64,000 nucleotides of DNA from an uncultured delta proteobacterium (GCA_963789265.1 CAWBKB010000001.1:2272001-2336000); one strand, 5' to 3'. Numbered from the stretch's first letter, positions 21,089 to 32,205 are shown. Program-made: numbers and translations. Notes: a model not told the origin generated them from the sequence alone.

Positions 21089-23185
21089 TTAGATCAGACT
21101 CGAATCCACACCGCATGCGACGAGCGAATCGAATTCGGGTGCGGGTCTGAGGTCCGGCATTGCGAATTTATCCGAGAGTTCCGTTAGCCTTTGCTTGACC
21201 GCCTTGACTCCCTTGAGACTCACGTATCTTGCGGGCCCGTGCCAACAATCGGGGAAGCCGATTCCCAGAGCAGCCCCCAGATCCATGCTGTAGTAATCTT
21301 TGAGGACTCCTTCGCTCATACAGCAAAATGCCTCGTTAACCATGCCGAGCAGCAAGATGTCCTGTGCTTCTTCCGGTGTAGGAATCGGTAAGCCTTCCGC
21401 CCTAACGATGAGTTCCGCCGCAGCTTCGTTAGGCACCAATTTTCGATCGTCGAGATAGAAACTCGGCTTTCCCGCACCGACGAAGCCGGCCTCGTACATT
21501 TTCACGAGAGAAGGAGGAACGTTGAGGCGACCCTGAAGATGAGAAACAAGGAACCGGGACGCATGATAGACTACATTGCCGCCTGCCGTCCCGTACACGT
21601 GCAACGGCCCCTGAGGGAATCCCGCTGTCAATGCCAGCCTGTCCACCTCCCACGGCGAGAGACCCAACTCCGCCAGCCTGAACCCGCCAATTACGTATGA
21701 AGCAAACGTCCGGCTCGTGTAAAAACCCGGTCCATCGTTAACCAGGATAACTGTCTTGCCCATAGCCCGGCCCAGGGTGACGGCTGTGGCCACTGCGGCA
21801 GGGCTAGACTGCGGGCCCTCTATGACTTCCAACAACTGCATGAGAGCTACGGGAGAGAAAAAGTGCATACCCACAACCTGTTCCGGATGGGAGCATGCGC
21901 CGCTTATCTCGGCCATGGGGATGGTTGACGTATTGGACCCAAAGATCGCTCGAGGATTGGCCTCCTGGACCTTCCCGAGGATCGTTTGCTTGAGCTGAAG
22001 ATCTTCGAATACGCACTCGATAACCACGGGGACATCTTGTAGTACCGAATAGTCAGCACTGACGCTGAGGTTGGCCATTGCGGCATCTCTGCGCCGCTGT
22101 GGCCAGCGGCCTCGGGCAACGAGATCGTCCAGAGTCTTCTGAATCTTCTCAACAGCCCGCCGAGCGGTTTCCGCATCCACATCGACGAGAGTGGTCTTGA
22201 TCCCGTTATCCGCCGCCACCTGAGCAATGCCGCTCCCCATAAGTCCGGAACCGATGATTGCCAACTTGTCAACGGCTAATGCCTTTCGGTTGTCAACCTT
22301 GGCCAGTTTCGGACCGACACTGGAAGCAAGGAAAAAGAGATCGATCTTGTTGCGGGAATTCGCGTTTGCGAACAACGGCACAAGCAACTCGACATCACGT
22401 CGGGCCGCCTCGTCGAACGGCATCATGAGAGATGCGCCCAGAGAGTCCAGCGCCGCTGCGATGTACGGGCGGTGCGGAGATAGGCTGTACCGATTTCGTG
22501 CATTCGAAAGAACGTTCTCTTTCTCTCCTTCGGTTGACTGATCGGCCGACCGATAACCCGGATCGTAATTCCGATTCACGATTCCCTGATGCCCTTTGAC
22601 CCACTTCACCGCCTCAAGACTGAGGTCCGCCGACTTACAGAGGGTAACGAGTCCCGTCCACGCAAAATCTTCTGCCGGGCTTATCCGCCCCGTGAGGACG
22701 GCGTCCACCGCTGGCTTGAACCCTATGACCCTCGGGAGAATCTGAGTCCCTCCACCCGCCGGGAAAAGACCAACGTTGATTTCGGGAAGGCCCATCTTCG
22801 AGGAAGCGGTCGCAAAAACATGATCGCAACCCCAGAGCAGCAGTTCGAAACCGCCGCCCAGGGCCGTCTGACCGTCGAGGACGGCCACCACCGGAAATGG
22901 CGCTTTCGCCAGAGCCGCCAAGGCTTCCTGGTATCTCAATACCGCGTGGCGGAGCGTCCCTGGTGTGGCGGTCATGAATTCCTTCAGATTGGCCCCATCG
23001 AGAAAGCTTCTCTTCTTCCCCGATACAAACACCGCACCGCTGACTTCGTCCGCGAGGGCACTAGCTGTGGCTTGCTCCAGATCGGCCACAAAGTTCTGTC
23101 CCACGCTGTTGACCGGTCCGGCAGTATCTATAGTCAACGTCGCAATCTTGGACGAGCGATCCAACGTGTACGCAACTTCAGTCAT
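21089..23185 (-). CDS. Multifunctional enoyl-CoA hydratase / 3-hydroxyacyl-CoA dehydrogenase (FadB/FadJ-like)
   Basis: GANL, GGGFE and GLPE..GLFPAGGG crotonase domain; GSGLMG, SNTSTIP and GMHFFSP dehydrogenase domain. Confidence 0.92.
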   Translation of the reverse strand: MTEVAYTLDRSSKIATLTIDTAGPVNSVGQNFVADLEQATASALADEVSGAVFVSGKKRSFLDGANLKEFMTATPGTLRHAVLRYQEALAALAKAPFPVVAVLDGQTALGGGFELLLWGCDHVFATASSKMGLPEINVGLFPAGGGTQILPRVIGFKPAVDAVLTGRISPAEDFAWTGLVTLCKSADLSLEAVKWVKGHQGIVNRNYDPGYRSADQSTEGEKENVLSNARNRYSLSPHRPYIAAALDSLGASLMMPFDEAARRDVELLVPLFANANSRNKIDLFFLASSVGPKLAKVDNRKALAVDKLAIIGSGLMGSGIAQVAADNGIKTTLVDVDAETARRAVEKIQKTLDDLVARGRWPQRRRDAAMANLSVSADYSVLQDVPVVIECVFEDLQLKQTILGKVQEANPRAIFGSNTSTIPMAEISGACSHPEQVVGMHFFSPVALMQLLEVIEGPQSSPAAVATAVTLGRAMGKTVILVNDGPGFYTSRTFASYVIGGFRLAELGLSPWEVDRLALTAGFPQGPLHVYGTAGGNVVYHASRFLVSHLQGRLNVPPSLVKMYEAGFVGAGKPSFYLDDRKLVPNEAAAELIVRAEGLPIPTPEEAQDILLLGMVNEAFCCMSEGVLKDYYSMDLGAALGIGFPDCWHGPARYVSLKGVKAVKQRLTELSDKFAMPDLRPAPEFDSLVACGVDSSLI

Positions 23186-23204
23186 GACAAACCCCTTCTC
23201 ATTC

Positions 23205-24398
23205 TTATCCGCGGATGATGACGGCTTCTCCCTGGGTCAGCCCCCCGCAGATCGCAGCCGCTCCCAGACCTCCACCTCTGCGACGAAGCTCGTACATCAT
23301 CGTCATGGCGATTCGCAGACCCGAGGCCCCCACCGGGTGTCCCATGGCGATAGCACCTCCGTTGACATTGGTCTTCTGCAGAAGCTCGAACCAATGCTCT
23401 CGGTCACCGTCCGCAAGGATCTTGGTGCTGACTAACGGCATGGCTGCAAACGCTTCGTTGATTTCGATGAGATCGATCTCGTCAATCGTCAATCCCGACC
23501 TGCCGAGAGCTTTCCTTATCGTGAGCGCCGGTATCCAGGATATCCCATAAGGTGCGTCGGTTTCCCCAGCCGCCTCTACGATGGAGCCTAGCGGCTCCAA
23601 ACCGAGTTCCCGTGCACGTTCTGCCGTCATTACAACCATTGCGGAGGCTCCATCGTTGAGACCCGGAGCATTTCCGGCGGTAGTCGTACTGGCCCCGAAA
23701 ACGGTCGGCAACTGCTCCACCGCGGCAACGGTGCTGTCCGGCCGCGGGGCCTCATCGACGGCAAAAAGGAATGAATCTCTGCCTTTTCGAACCTGAATCG
23801 GCGCCAACTCGTCGGTCAGTTTGCCGTCAGCCAGCGCTTTGAGAGCCTTTCTGTGCGAACCCACAGCCCATGTGTCCAGCATCCTCTTGGGCACATCGTA
23901 TTTCTCCGCTCCATCTGCCGCGTCTACTGCCACGGAATTATATCCGGTGTACGTAATCGGATAGATCGGATCTTTCAAGTTCACGTCACCAATGCGAATC
24001 CCCCCCCTCAATGCGCGATTCAAATGGGGTATCTTGCTCATGGCCTCCACGCCCACAATCAGGGCTGAAGAGAACTCCCCGAGCATCATTCCCCAGACTG
24101 CCATGCGGAGCGCTGTGAGTGAGGAACAGCAGGCTGTGTCCAAGGTGATGGCAAACCTGTCGATCCCCAATTTGAGCCCTACTTGACGTCCGGTTACCGA
24201 AGCGGTTTCAAAGGATGGAGGGAAACAGTTTCCCACACAGAGATGTTCAATTTTCTTGCTCAAATCATGACCTTGGGCCGTCAAAGCAGCTTTGGCAGCA
24301 TGCACTGCCAGATCCAGGGGTTCCATTGCTGAGAGGGCCCCAAGGTACCGGCCGAAGGGGGTTCTTTTTGCGCCCACGATAACGAAACCGTCCGACAT
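23205..24398 (-). CDS. Thiolase family protein
   Basis: [23 protein letters not shown] and AICGG motifs. ATG 24398 has a GAGGAG RBS. Confidence 0.92.
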   Translation of the reverse strand: MSDGFVIVGAKRTPFGRYLGALSAMEPLDLAVHAAKAALTAQGHDLSKKIEHLCVGNCFPPSFETASVTGRQVGLKLGIDRFAITLDTACCSSLTALRMAVWGMMLGEFSSALIVGVEAMSKIPHLNRALRGGIRIGDVNLKDPIYPITYTGYNSVAVDAADGAEKYDVPKRMLDTWAVGSHRKALKALADGKLTDELAPIQVRKGRDSFLFAVDEAPRPDSTVAAVEQLPTVFGASTTTAGNAPGLNDGASAMVVMTAERARELGLEPLGSIVEAAGETDAPYGISWIPALTIRKALGRSGLTIDEIDLIEINEAFAAMPLVSTKILADGDREHWFELLQKTNVNGGAIAMGHPVGASGLRIAMTMMYELRRRGGGLGAAAICGGLTQGEAVIIRG

Positions 24399-24499
24399 GT
24401 CTTTTCTCCTCATGTCAGTAGTCAGTGCGACGGGCAGGATGCCCATCCCACTGTTCTGAAAGTTTTCTCCTCATGTCATACTTCAGCGTCTCTAGTAGG

Positions 24500-24567
24500 G
24501 TGGGCATCTTGCCCGCCGATTTCAGTGGGCATCTTGCCCGCCGATTTCAGTGGGCATCTTGCCCGCC
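24500..24567. repeat. 25-bp tandem repeat (2.7 copies) of a REP-like unit
   Basis: gtgggcatcttgcccgccgatttca at 24500 and 24525, partial copy at 24550. Confidence 0.85.
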
Positions 24568-24689
24568 AAGACGCTTTCCTTATCCAGTTGACGGCATTCT
24601 TCGGGACCGTATCGGTCGGCCGTGAATTCCTTTCGAGATTAGGACCAATAACCAAATAACAGGGAAGGCCAAGAGACGCTATTGGCACA

Positions 24690-24721
24690 GTAAGTAAATA
24701 TTACTCACCGCCTGATGTCAA
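24690..24721 (-). promoter_or_regulatory. Putative promoter and TetR-type operator of the beta-oxidation operon
   Basis: Minus-strand TTGACA at 24721-24716 and imperfect palindrome gtaagtaaatattactcac (24690-24708). Confidence 0.5.
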
Positions 24722-25002
24722 GTTTGTTTTGATCTAGTTCGAACTCCGGAAGTCGGCTGACTCGGAGCAATGCCCGACAGGGTGAAGATGGGATCAATCT
24801 CACCTTTCCCGGTCGAATAACGTGGGCGGCGTGTTTTCCGTTTTCGTTGGTAACGCAACAAAGGGAACCGTTATCGGCCTTTTACATCGCGTAAAAAAAA
24901 TTGACGCACCACGGCACGTCTGATCGGAGCGCGATCCGCATCAACTCATCCCTTGCAGGCACCAGCCCACCATTCGGGGATCAGTGTAGCTCCGGTGATT
25001 CC

Positions 25003-25019
25003 TTGGCACTAAAGATGCA
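25003..25019 (+). promoter_or_regulatory. Sigma54 (-24/-12) promoter
   Basis: TTGGCAC-TAAAG-ATGCA with correct GG/GC spacing, about 70 bp upstream of the NuoE-like gene. Confidence 0.7.
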
Positions 25020-25091
25020 ACAACTGAAATGGCAGCGAGAGCGCTACGGCCCAGGATCAACGCATGCTCGAAACTAAACGGGGGATATTCT

Positions 25092-25544
25092 GTGGAAAAT
25101 ATTGAAAGCGAAAACCTGGTTTCAGGGTTCAAAGGCGAGGAAGGGGAGTTGATCCCTCTTTTGCAACGTGTTCAAGAACGGCTGGGATACATTTCCGAAG
25201 AAGCTGTCGGACGCATATCCCGGTTCTTGAGGATATCTGAAAACCAGATTTTTGGGGTCGCCTCTTTCTATTCGCAATTTCGTTTTATCCCTCCGGGCAG
25301 AAACTCCGTCAGAGTCTGCTCCGGAACTGCATGCCATGTGCGAGGAGGTCAAATACTGGGCGAAACCGTAGAACGGCAACTCGGCATTTCTCCAGGACAA
25401 ACTACTCCCGACCGACGATTCGATTTCCAGCGGGTGGCGTGCCTGGGGTGTTGCGCTCTCGCGCCTGTGGTGCAGATCAACAAGGATGTTTTCAGTCGAA
25501 TGACCGTCACTCGTCTGAGAGAGATTGTGCAGCAATATGAATAG
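25092..25544 (+). CDS. NuoE/HydC-like [2Fe-2S] subunit
   Basis: VASFYSQF, CSGTACHVRG and CLGCCALAP motifs. Confidence 0.92.
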   Translation: MENIESENLVSGFKGEEGELIPLLQRVQERLGYISEEAVGRISRFLRISENQIFGVASFYSQFRFIPPGRNSVRVCSGTACHVRGGQILGETVERQLGISPGQTTPDRRFDFQRVACLGCCALAPVVQINKDVFSRMTVTRLREIVQQYE

Positions 25545-27441
25545 GCTGAACAGTAAAATCGAAGATGCCCGAAAGAGCTGGGACAAGCTCAAGAACAGCG
25601 ATATTCCGGTCATCTACTTGGGCACGGCTTCATGTGGCAGGGCTGCCGGCGCTATGGATGTGCTGGAATCGGTCTGCACAACATTGGAAGAGAACCTATT
25701 GCAGGCAAAAGTCCTCCAGGTGGGCTGCATTGGCCCTTGTTATTTGGAGCCCCTGATGGACATAGAAGGCCGGGGGCTGCCTCGAATAAGTTATGCCAAC
25801 GTCAAGCCCGCATCAGCCCGAACCATAGTAGAATCGTATCTCATTCACGGAGATCCGCAGCTTAAATCTGCCGTCGGACATTTCGGTGAAAACCCCGACC
25901 AGTTTGAAAGTGGACTTCCTCGTTTTTTTGACCTCCCCATGCTCAAGCCGCAGGTTAGGGTGGTTCTCAGAAATTGCGGCTTCATAGACCCCGAGGAAAT
26001 CGACCATTACCTGGCGAACGAAGGGTATGTGGGGCTCATGAAGGCACTTGAAAAAACGCCCGAGGAAGTCATAGGGGTGGTTCGCGACGCGGGGCTCCGA
26101 GGAAGAGGAGGAGCCGGGTTCCCTACCTACAAAAAATGGGAGATATGCAGAAGCTCCCCGGGAAAAGAAAAGTTCATGATCTGCAATGCCGATGAAGGAG
26201 ACCCCGGCGCCTTCATGAACCGATCCCTGATAGAGGGTGACCCGCATGCGGTTATCGAAGGGTTGGTAATTGCCGCTTACGCCATCGGCGCCACCCAGGG
26301 CTACATCTACATTAGAGCCGAGTATCCTTTGGCAATCGTTCGGCTCAAGAAAGCCATTGCTCAGGCGCGCGAATACGGACTATTGGGCCAAGACATCTTG
26401 GGCTCGGGTTTTAACTTCGATATTGTCATAAAGGAAGGAGCCGGAGCGTTTGTTTGCGGCGAGGAGACCGCTTTAATTGCGTCGATCGAGGGGAAACGGG
26501 GAATGCCGAAATCACGGCCGCCGTTTCCTGCAATTGCCGGCTTACATGGCATGCCTACCATCATCAACAATGTGGAAACCCTCGGAACGCTCCCCAACAT
26601 CGTCAGGAATGGGGCCGAATGGTACAGACAATTCGGGGTCCAGGGCAACTACGGCACCAAAACATTCTCTCTCGTCGGCAAAATTCGCCGTTCAGGGTTC
26701 ATCGAGGTGCCGCTGGGGACTCCACTGAGAAAGATCATTTTCGACATAGGCGGCGGGCCAAGGAAAGCTTTCAAGGCCGTTCAAACCGGTGGACCTTCGG
26801 GAGGATGCCTGTCCGAAGAGTTCCTGGATACTCCCGTAGATTATGAGTCACTCACGGCCGCCGGCTCGATAATGGGATCAGGCGGCCTCATCGTTATGGA
26901 TGAAGACACCTGCGTGGTAGATCTGGCCCGTTACTTTCTGGACTTCGTGCAGAAAGAATCGTGCGGCAAATGTGCCCCTTGTCGAGTTGGAACCAGACAC
27001 ATGGTCGAGCTTTTGAAGAAAATTACAAAAGGAGATGGCGAGCCCAACGATTTGGCAAAACTCCGCACTCTGGCCGACACCGTCAAGGCAGCCTCTCTTT
27101 GTGGTTTGGGACAGACCGCGCCCAATCCGGTTCTTACCACGCTTCGCTATTTCCGTTCCGAATACCTGGCACATGTGACCGACAAATATTGCCCCGCTAC
27201 CGTGTGCAGGGCCCTGATCGAGTATCGTGTCATTCCGGAGAAATGCACCGGATGCAGGAACTGCGTGGCCGTCTGCCCTACGGGCGCCATTACCGGCCCG
27301 AGGCGAGAACCGCACAACCTGGATCCTTCAAAATGTATCAAGTGCAGATCGTGTTACGAGGTTTGTCGTCATGACGCCATAGCCGGTGACGCCATTGTCA
27401 TCAGGTCCGGGCGGAGAACTGCTGATGAATCCACAAAGTGA
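25537..27441 (+). CDS. NuoF/HydB-like FMN/NADH-binding subunit with C-terminal 2[4Fe-4S] domain (BfuB-type)
   Basis: GRGGAGFP, NADEGDPG, GAFVCGEETAL, CGKCAPC...CGLG, AH...CPATVC and two CxxCxxCxxxC motifs. Confidence 0.93.
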   Translation: MNRLNSKIEDARKSWDKLKNSDIPVIYLGTASCGRAAGAMDVLESVCTTLEENLLQAKVLQVGCIGPCYLEPLMDIEGRGLPRISYANVKPASARTIVESYLIHGDPQLKSAVGHFGENPDQFESGLPRFFDLPMLKPQVRVVLRNCGFIDPEEIDHYLANEGYVGLMKALEKTPEEVIGVVRDAGLRGRGGAGFPTYKKWEICRSSPGKEKFMICNADEGDPGAFMNRSLIEGDPHAVIEGLVIAAYAIGATQGYIYIRAEYPLAIVRLKKAIAQAREYGLLGQDILGSGFNFDIVIKEGAGAFVCGEETALIASIEGKRGMPKSRPPFPAIAGLHGMPTIINNVETLGTLPNIVRNGAEWYRQFGVQGNYGTKTFSLVGKIRRSGFIEVPLGTPLRKIIFDIGGGPRKAFKAVQTGGPSGGCLSEEFLDTPVDYESLTAAGSIMGSGGLIVMDEDTCVVDLARYFLDFVQKESCGKCAPCRVGTRHMVELLKKITKGDGEPNDLAKLRTLADTVKAASLCGLGQTAPNPVLTTLRYFRSEYLAHVTDKYCPATVCRALIEYRVIPEKCTGCRNCVAVCPTGAITGPRREPHNLDPSKCIKCRSCYEVCRHDAIAGDAIVIRSGRRTADESTK

Positions 27442-29958
27442 AACGGTTGCGATAACTATAGACCACCAATTAAGAGAGGTTCCGAAAGGGCTGACTATTC
27501 TTCGAGCAGCACAAAGTGTCGGCATTTACATTCCCACACTCTGCGCTCACAAGGATTTGAGCCCGTTCGGCGGCTGCCGACTATGCATAGTTGAGGTGGA
27601 CGGTGTGCGCGGCTTCCCCACTTCCTGCACGACCCCGGTTCAAGACGGCATGGTGATAAGAACCCAGAACCGCCCAACTACAGGCTGTGAGAGGCGTTAC
27701 CCTTGGATTGATTTTGAGTGAGCATCCTTGCAGTTGTTTGATTTGCGATGAGCAGGACGAGTGCAAGAGAAACGTGGGAACTATTCGCAAGGCCGGAGTT
27801 ACCACGGGGTGTCGTTACTGTAGTAACGACGGCCAGTGCGAGTTGCAGGAGGTCGTGAAAAAGATCGGAGTGACCGAAATCGACTATCCGATTTACTATC
27901 GACACCTCCAGGTCAAGAAAGCCGATCCATTCTTCGATCGAGATTACAATCTTTGCATACTGTGTGGAAGATGCGTCCGAATGTGCCAAGAAGTCCGCGC
28001 AGCCAACACCCTGGCTTTTACACAGAGAGGGCACTCTACGGTGATCGGCCCTGCTTACGACCGAACTCACCTGGAAGCAGGTTGCGAATTTTGCGGTGCT
28101 TGCGTGTCCGTTTGCCCTACTGGAGCCCTCTCGGAAAAGGCCCGGAAATGGGATGGCCCAGCAGATGGCGAACAGATTACCCAGTGCCCACTTTGCGGCG
28201 TTGGCTGCCGAATGCGACTCTTGATAAAGGGAGACAGGATAATCGGCAGTTTGCCCGCGGAGGACCCCCTGGTCAACGCCGGTCAACTCTGCGTAAAGGG
28301 GAGATTCTGCGTAACCGAACTGGTAGGCTCCCTCCTACGCTTGAGCAAGCCCTCACGCCTTGAAAATGACACACGGGTGGAAATTTCGTGGGACGATGCT
28401 GTTCAATTGGCAGCGGAAACCCTTTCCGTCTGCCCGCCGGAACAGTTCGCGCTTCTTATTTCACCGGATAGCTGTAACGAGGATCTGTACAGTTGCCCAA
28501 AAATTTGCTCGCGTGGTCATGCACTCAAACAATATCGACACCAGCGCACGGCTGGTCTATCGGTCCGCCCTCGGCTCCTATTTGAGTCTGATGAAAATGT
28601 CCGTGCCTCTTGCGGCAGTGCGAGAGGCGTCCACAGTCCTGTGCATAGGGCTGGATACAAGATTCGGAGGCTCGGTCGTCGGTGTTGCCATACGACAGGC
28701 TATCAAGCATGGGGCAAGGATCGTCACTATCCATCCACGGGATCACAATCTAGCGCGGATCGCTCACAAATGGCTTCACCCTAATCCGGGACGTGAACTG
28801 GATCTCCTAAATTCTCTCGTGCACCTCACCGGAAAACAGCCGGCGGCCGCTCCACCGCCGGGACTAGAAGCAGAATTCGGAGGCATTACGAATGACTTGA
28901 CCGAACTTGCCGATATGTTCCGGGATAGTTCGAGCAATGTGATTCTGGTGGGCTCGGAATATCTCACCTACCGAGAAAGCTCACAAATTTTGGGAACCAT
29001 CGCTCAATTGGCTCAAAGTACCGGCAGCGGATTGTTTCCGGTGCCTGCGCAAGGCAATCTATTAGGGTCGGTTCTGACTGGAGTCTATCCTGAGCTTCTG
29101 CCTGGGGCATTTCCCTGGAATGATGAAAGCAAGTTGAATGATCTGCGAAGGATATGGGGTGTGGGCCTTTCCGATTCGCCGCTTGATTGGACAGCGGAAA
29201 GCCTCTTGGACGGACAGCGAATGAAAGCTCTTTACCTCATAGGAGAGGTCCCTTTCAAACATGATCCGCCCGCAGATTTCTTGATATTCCAGAACATTTA
29301 TCCGCCTCCCGAGGCATACCGAGCCGATCTGGTCCTTCCTTCCGCAGCATTTTCAGAAGTGGACGGCACGTTGTTCAACGTCGAGGGAAGGATTCAGCGT
29401 GTGCGAAAAGCTGTGAACGCACCTGGAGAAGCTTTGCCCGATTGGGACATACTTTGCAGGATCGCTCGCAAGATGGGCTTCAAAGGCTTTGATTTCAGAT
29501 CTGCGATGGACATCCACCAAGAGATATCGTTGCTGAATGAAGGATTTACCAACTTCCAGTCCCCCGATCGAGTATCTCGTCCCTTGAAATATGACGGCCG
29601 AATGATGGCTTCTCAAAATGTGGCGCCGGTCTCCCAGGTAGTAGATAAAGAATTTCCCTTTATTCTTACCTCATCAATTCCTGAGCACACTTATCGAGGT
29701 TTTCCGATATCTGCCAGGGTTGAGGGCGCAAAAGTGCTTTTCGCCGAGGCCGCAGTAGAAATAAGTCCTGACGATGCGGAGCAGGCCGGCATATCTCAAG
29801 GCAATGAAGTCCTAGTGATTTCGCGTACCTTTGAAACAATCCTGAGAGCAAACATACTGAGCGGTCAGGAAAAAGGAAGGCTGCACATTTCACCGGGTCA
29901 CGGCGAATACATCGGCGCCGGCCCACATCCGGCGAGGATCGTGAAAAGCCATGTATAA
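27425..29958 (+). CDS. NuoG/formate dehydrogenase alpha-like Fe-S subunit lacking the Cys/Sec metal ligand; apparent frameshifts near 27668 and 28491
   Basis: Three adjoining ORFs join into IPTLC...GGCRLC, HPCSCLIC, CILCGRC, CEFCGAC, CPLCGVGC...LCVKG, NNIDTSARLVY and EVDGTLFNVEGRIQ. Confidence 0.85.
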
Positions 29959-30793
29959 GCTAGCATCAACACACATGATTGTTCCTAATATCCACCTCCT
30001 CACGTTCGAGGCCCCCGCGGTGGCGCAGAATGTGCGCGCCGGCCAGTTTGTGATTTTGAGGGTCAATGACGAAGGCGAAAGAATCCCTCTTTCCGTGGCT
30101 GATTGGGACTCTGAAAACGGGACTATCTCTGTATGCTTGATGAATGTAGGAAACACTACAGACCTACTGGCCTCACTTCAGGACGGCAGCGGTATTCCCA
30201 CTGTCGTCGGTCCTCTGGGCAATCCGACGGAAATAGAGAAATTCGGCACGGTAATCTGCCTGGCGGGATGCTACGGCATAGGAAGCATTTTCCCGATCGC
30301 AAGGGCTCTCAAGGAGAAGCAAAACCGTGTCATTACCGTCATAGAAGGCAGGAGTTCGTACCTGTTTTACTGGGAGGACAAACTGAGATCGGTTTCTGAT
30401 GAGCTACTGCACATAACCCGCGATGGCTCGAAAGGTTACCGGGGTCACGTGGGTAGGCTCGCGGAGATCATAAGGTCATTGGGAGAGCCGGTGGACCGAA
30501 TGGTAATAAACGGCTGCACGTCCCTTCTGAGACGAGGCTCGGAAGCAAGCAGGCCGCTGGGCATAAAAACCGTGGTCAGCCTCAACCCTATAATGATCGA
30601 CGGAACCGGAATGTGCGGCGTGTGCCGAGTCACAGTCGGATCCACCACCAGGTTCGCTTGCGTGGACGGACCGGATTTCGACGGCCATCAGGTCGACTGG
30701 GATGAATTGTTTCAGCGTCGCAAACAATACCTGAGCGAAGAAGTCATCCCTCTCAGGTCGAGCGGCTGCGAGAGGCACTGTGAAAGACGGTAA
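29951..30793 (+). CDS. nfnA: NfnA-like FAD/NAD-binding [2Fe-2S] subunit
   Basis: GQFVILR, ERIPLS, GPLGNP, DGTGMCGVCRV and CVDGPDF motifs. Confidence 0.88.
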   Translation: MYKLASTHMIVPNIHLLTFEAPAVAQNVRAGQFVILRVNDEGERIPLSVADWDSENGTISVCLMNVGNTTDLLASLQDGSGIPTVVGPLGNPTEIEKFGTVICLAGCYGIGSIFPIARALKEKQNRVITVIEGRSSYLFYWEDKLRSVSDELLHITRDGSKGYRGHVGRLAEIIRSLGEPVDRMVINGCTSLLRRGSEASRPLGIKTVVSLNPIMIDGTGMCGVCRVTVGSTTRFACVDGPDFDGHQVDWDELFQRRKQYLSEEVIPLRSSGCERHCERR

Positions 30794-30801
30794 ACAAAGC
30801 C

Positions 30802-32205
30802 ATGCCTGACATCGATTCAAAGAAATTAGACCTTAAGCGCAGGGAAATCCCAAAGCAGTCCGCCAAAGCTCGGACTCAGAACTTCAACGAAGTTGCGCTT
30901 GGATATCCCCCTGATACGGCGATCGAAGAGGCACGCCGCTGCTTGCAATGCAAGAAGCCTAAATGCATGACCAAGTGCCCGGTGGAGATTCAAATTCCCA
31001 GGTTCATCAAATGCATTTCCGAGAATAACTTCAAAGCCGGCATAAAGACGATCAAGCAGAAGAACCTGCTGCCAGCCGTATGCGGTAGGGTATGCCCTCA
31101 GGAAGAGCAATGCGAGGGAGCCTGCGTTTTGGGCAAGCGAGGGGGGCAGATCGCAATTGGTCGCCTTGAGCGCTTCCTGGCTGACTGGGAAGTGGCGCAA
31201 GGTGAGCCTGAGATTCCGGAAATAATGACTTCCACAGGCAAAAAGGTTGCCATAGTGGGAGGAGGGCCTGCGGGCCTCACCGTGGCAGGCGATCTGGTGA
31301 GGATGGGTCACAAGATTACTATATTCGAGGCCCTGCACAAGCCGGGCGGAGTGCTCATCTACGGCATTCCGGAATTCAGGCTACCCAAGGCCATAGTGAG
31401 CAGAGAGGTGGAATATCTGAAACGCCTCGGTGTTGAAGTGCTGACAGACTTTGTGGTGGGCAAGACCAGAGCTATGGAGAGCATTATGGAGGAACATGAC
31501 GCCGTGTTCATCGGCGCGGGTGCAGGGCTTCCTTGGTTCATGAACATCCCCGGCGAAAATCTGAATGGCGTCTATTCGGCCAACGAGTACTTGACCAGGA
31601 TGAATCTCATGAAGGGTTTTCTTTTCCCGACTTTCAATACCCCCATAAAAAAGCATAAGAAAGTGGCTGTCGTCGGCGGCGGCAACGTTGCAATGGACTG
31701 CGCAAGAACAGCTCTGCGCCTTGGTGCGGAAACTACGATCATTTACAGGCGGTCCAGGGACGAGTTGCCGGCACGTCTGGAAGAGGTCGAAAACGCCGAG
31801 GAAGAAGGCGTCGTCTTCAATCTTCTTACCCTCCCTGTTCGATATAACGCCGATGAAAATGGCTGGGTGAAGGAAGTCCAGTGCCTGAAGATGCAACTGG
31901 GCGAGCCCGACGCATCAGGCAGAAGGACACCAATTCCAATCGAGGGTTCCGAATTTTCCATTAATGTTGATTCGGTTGTATGCGCTATCGGAAATAGCCC
32001 AAATCCTCTGATTCCGGCTACTACGTGTGGTCTCGCGATCGGGAAAAAAGGCAATATCGTCGCTGACGAAGAGACCGGAAAGACAAGTCTAGAAAAAATA
32101 TGGGCCGGAGGAGACGTGGTTACAGGCGCAGCAACGGTTATACTCGCTATGGGAGCTGGACGTAAGGCTGCCAGATCCATGCAAGAGTATCTGAGCAGTC
32201 TCTGA
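30802..32205 (+). CDS. nfnB: NfnB / GltD-like NADPH-dependent flavoprotein (often annotated gltA)
   Basis: EARRCLQC...CPV, CGRVCPQE.QC, GGGPAG, YGIPEFRLP, GGGNVAMD, YRRS and AGGD.VTG motifs. Confidence 0.9.
   Translation: MPDIDSKKLDLKRREIPKQSAKARTQNFNEVALGYPPDTAIEEARRCLQCKKPKCMTKCPVEIQIPRFIKCISENNFKAGIKTIKQKNLLPAVCGRVCPQEEQCEGACVLGKRGGQIAIGRLERFLADWEVAQGEPEIPEIMTSTGKKVAIVGGGPAGLTVAGDLVRMGHKITIFEALHKPGGVLIYGIPEFRLPKAIVSREVEYLKRLGVEVLTDFVVGKTRAMESIMEEHDAVFIGAGAGLPWFMNIPGENLNGVYSANEYLTRMNLMKGFLFPTFNTPIKKHKKVAVVGGGNVAMDCARTALRLGAETTIIYRRSRDELPARLEEVENAEEEGVVFNLLTLPVRYNADENGWVKEVQCLKMQLGEPDASGRRTPIPIEGSEFSINVDSVVCAIGNSPNPLIPATTCGLAIGKKGNIVADEETGKTSLEKIWAGGDVVTGAATVILAMGAGRKAARSMQEYLSSL

Noticed and set aside
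24500..24567. Possible CRISPR array
   Set aside because: The units are directly tandem with no unique spacers, match dispersed REP units, and no cas genes are present.
25092..27441. Respiratory complex I operon
   Set aside because: No nuoA-D or nuoH-N membrane genes nearby.
27425..29958. Selenocysteine formate dehydrogenase or [FeFe]-hydrogenase
   Set aside because: No in-frame TGA or Cys at the ligand position and no H-cluster motifs. The ORF breaks are frameshifts, not UGA recoding. The same applies to 42760-45415.
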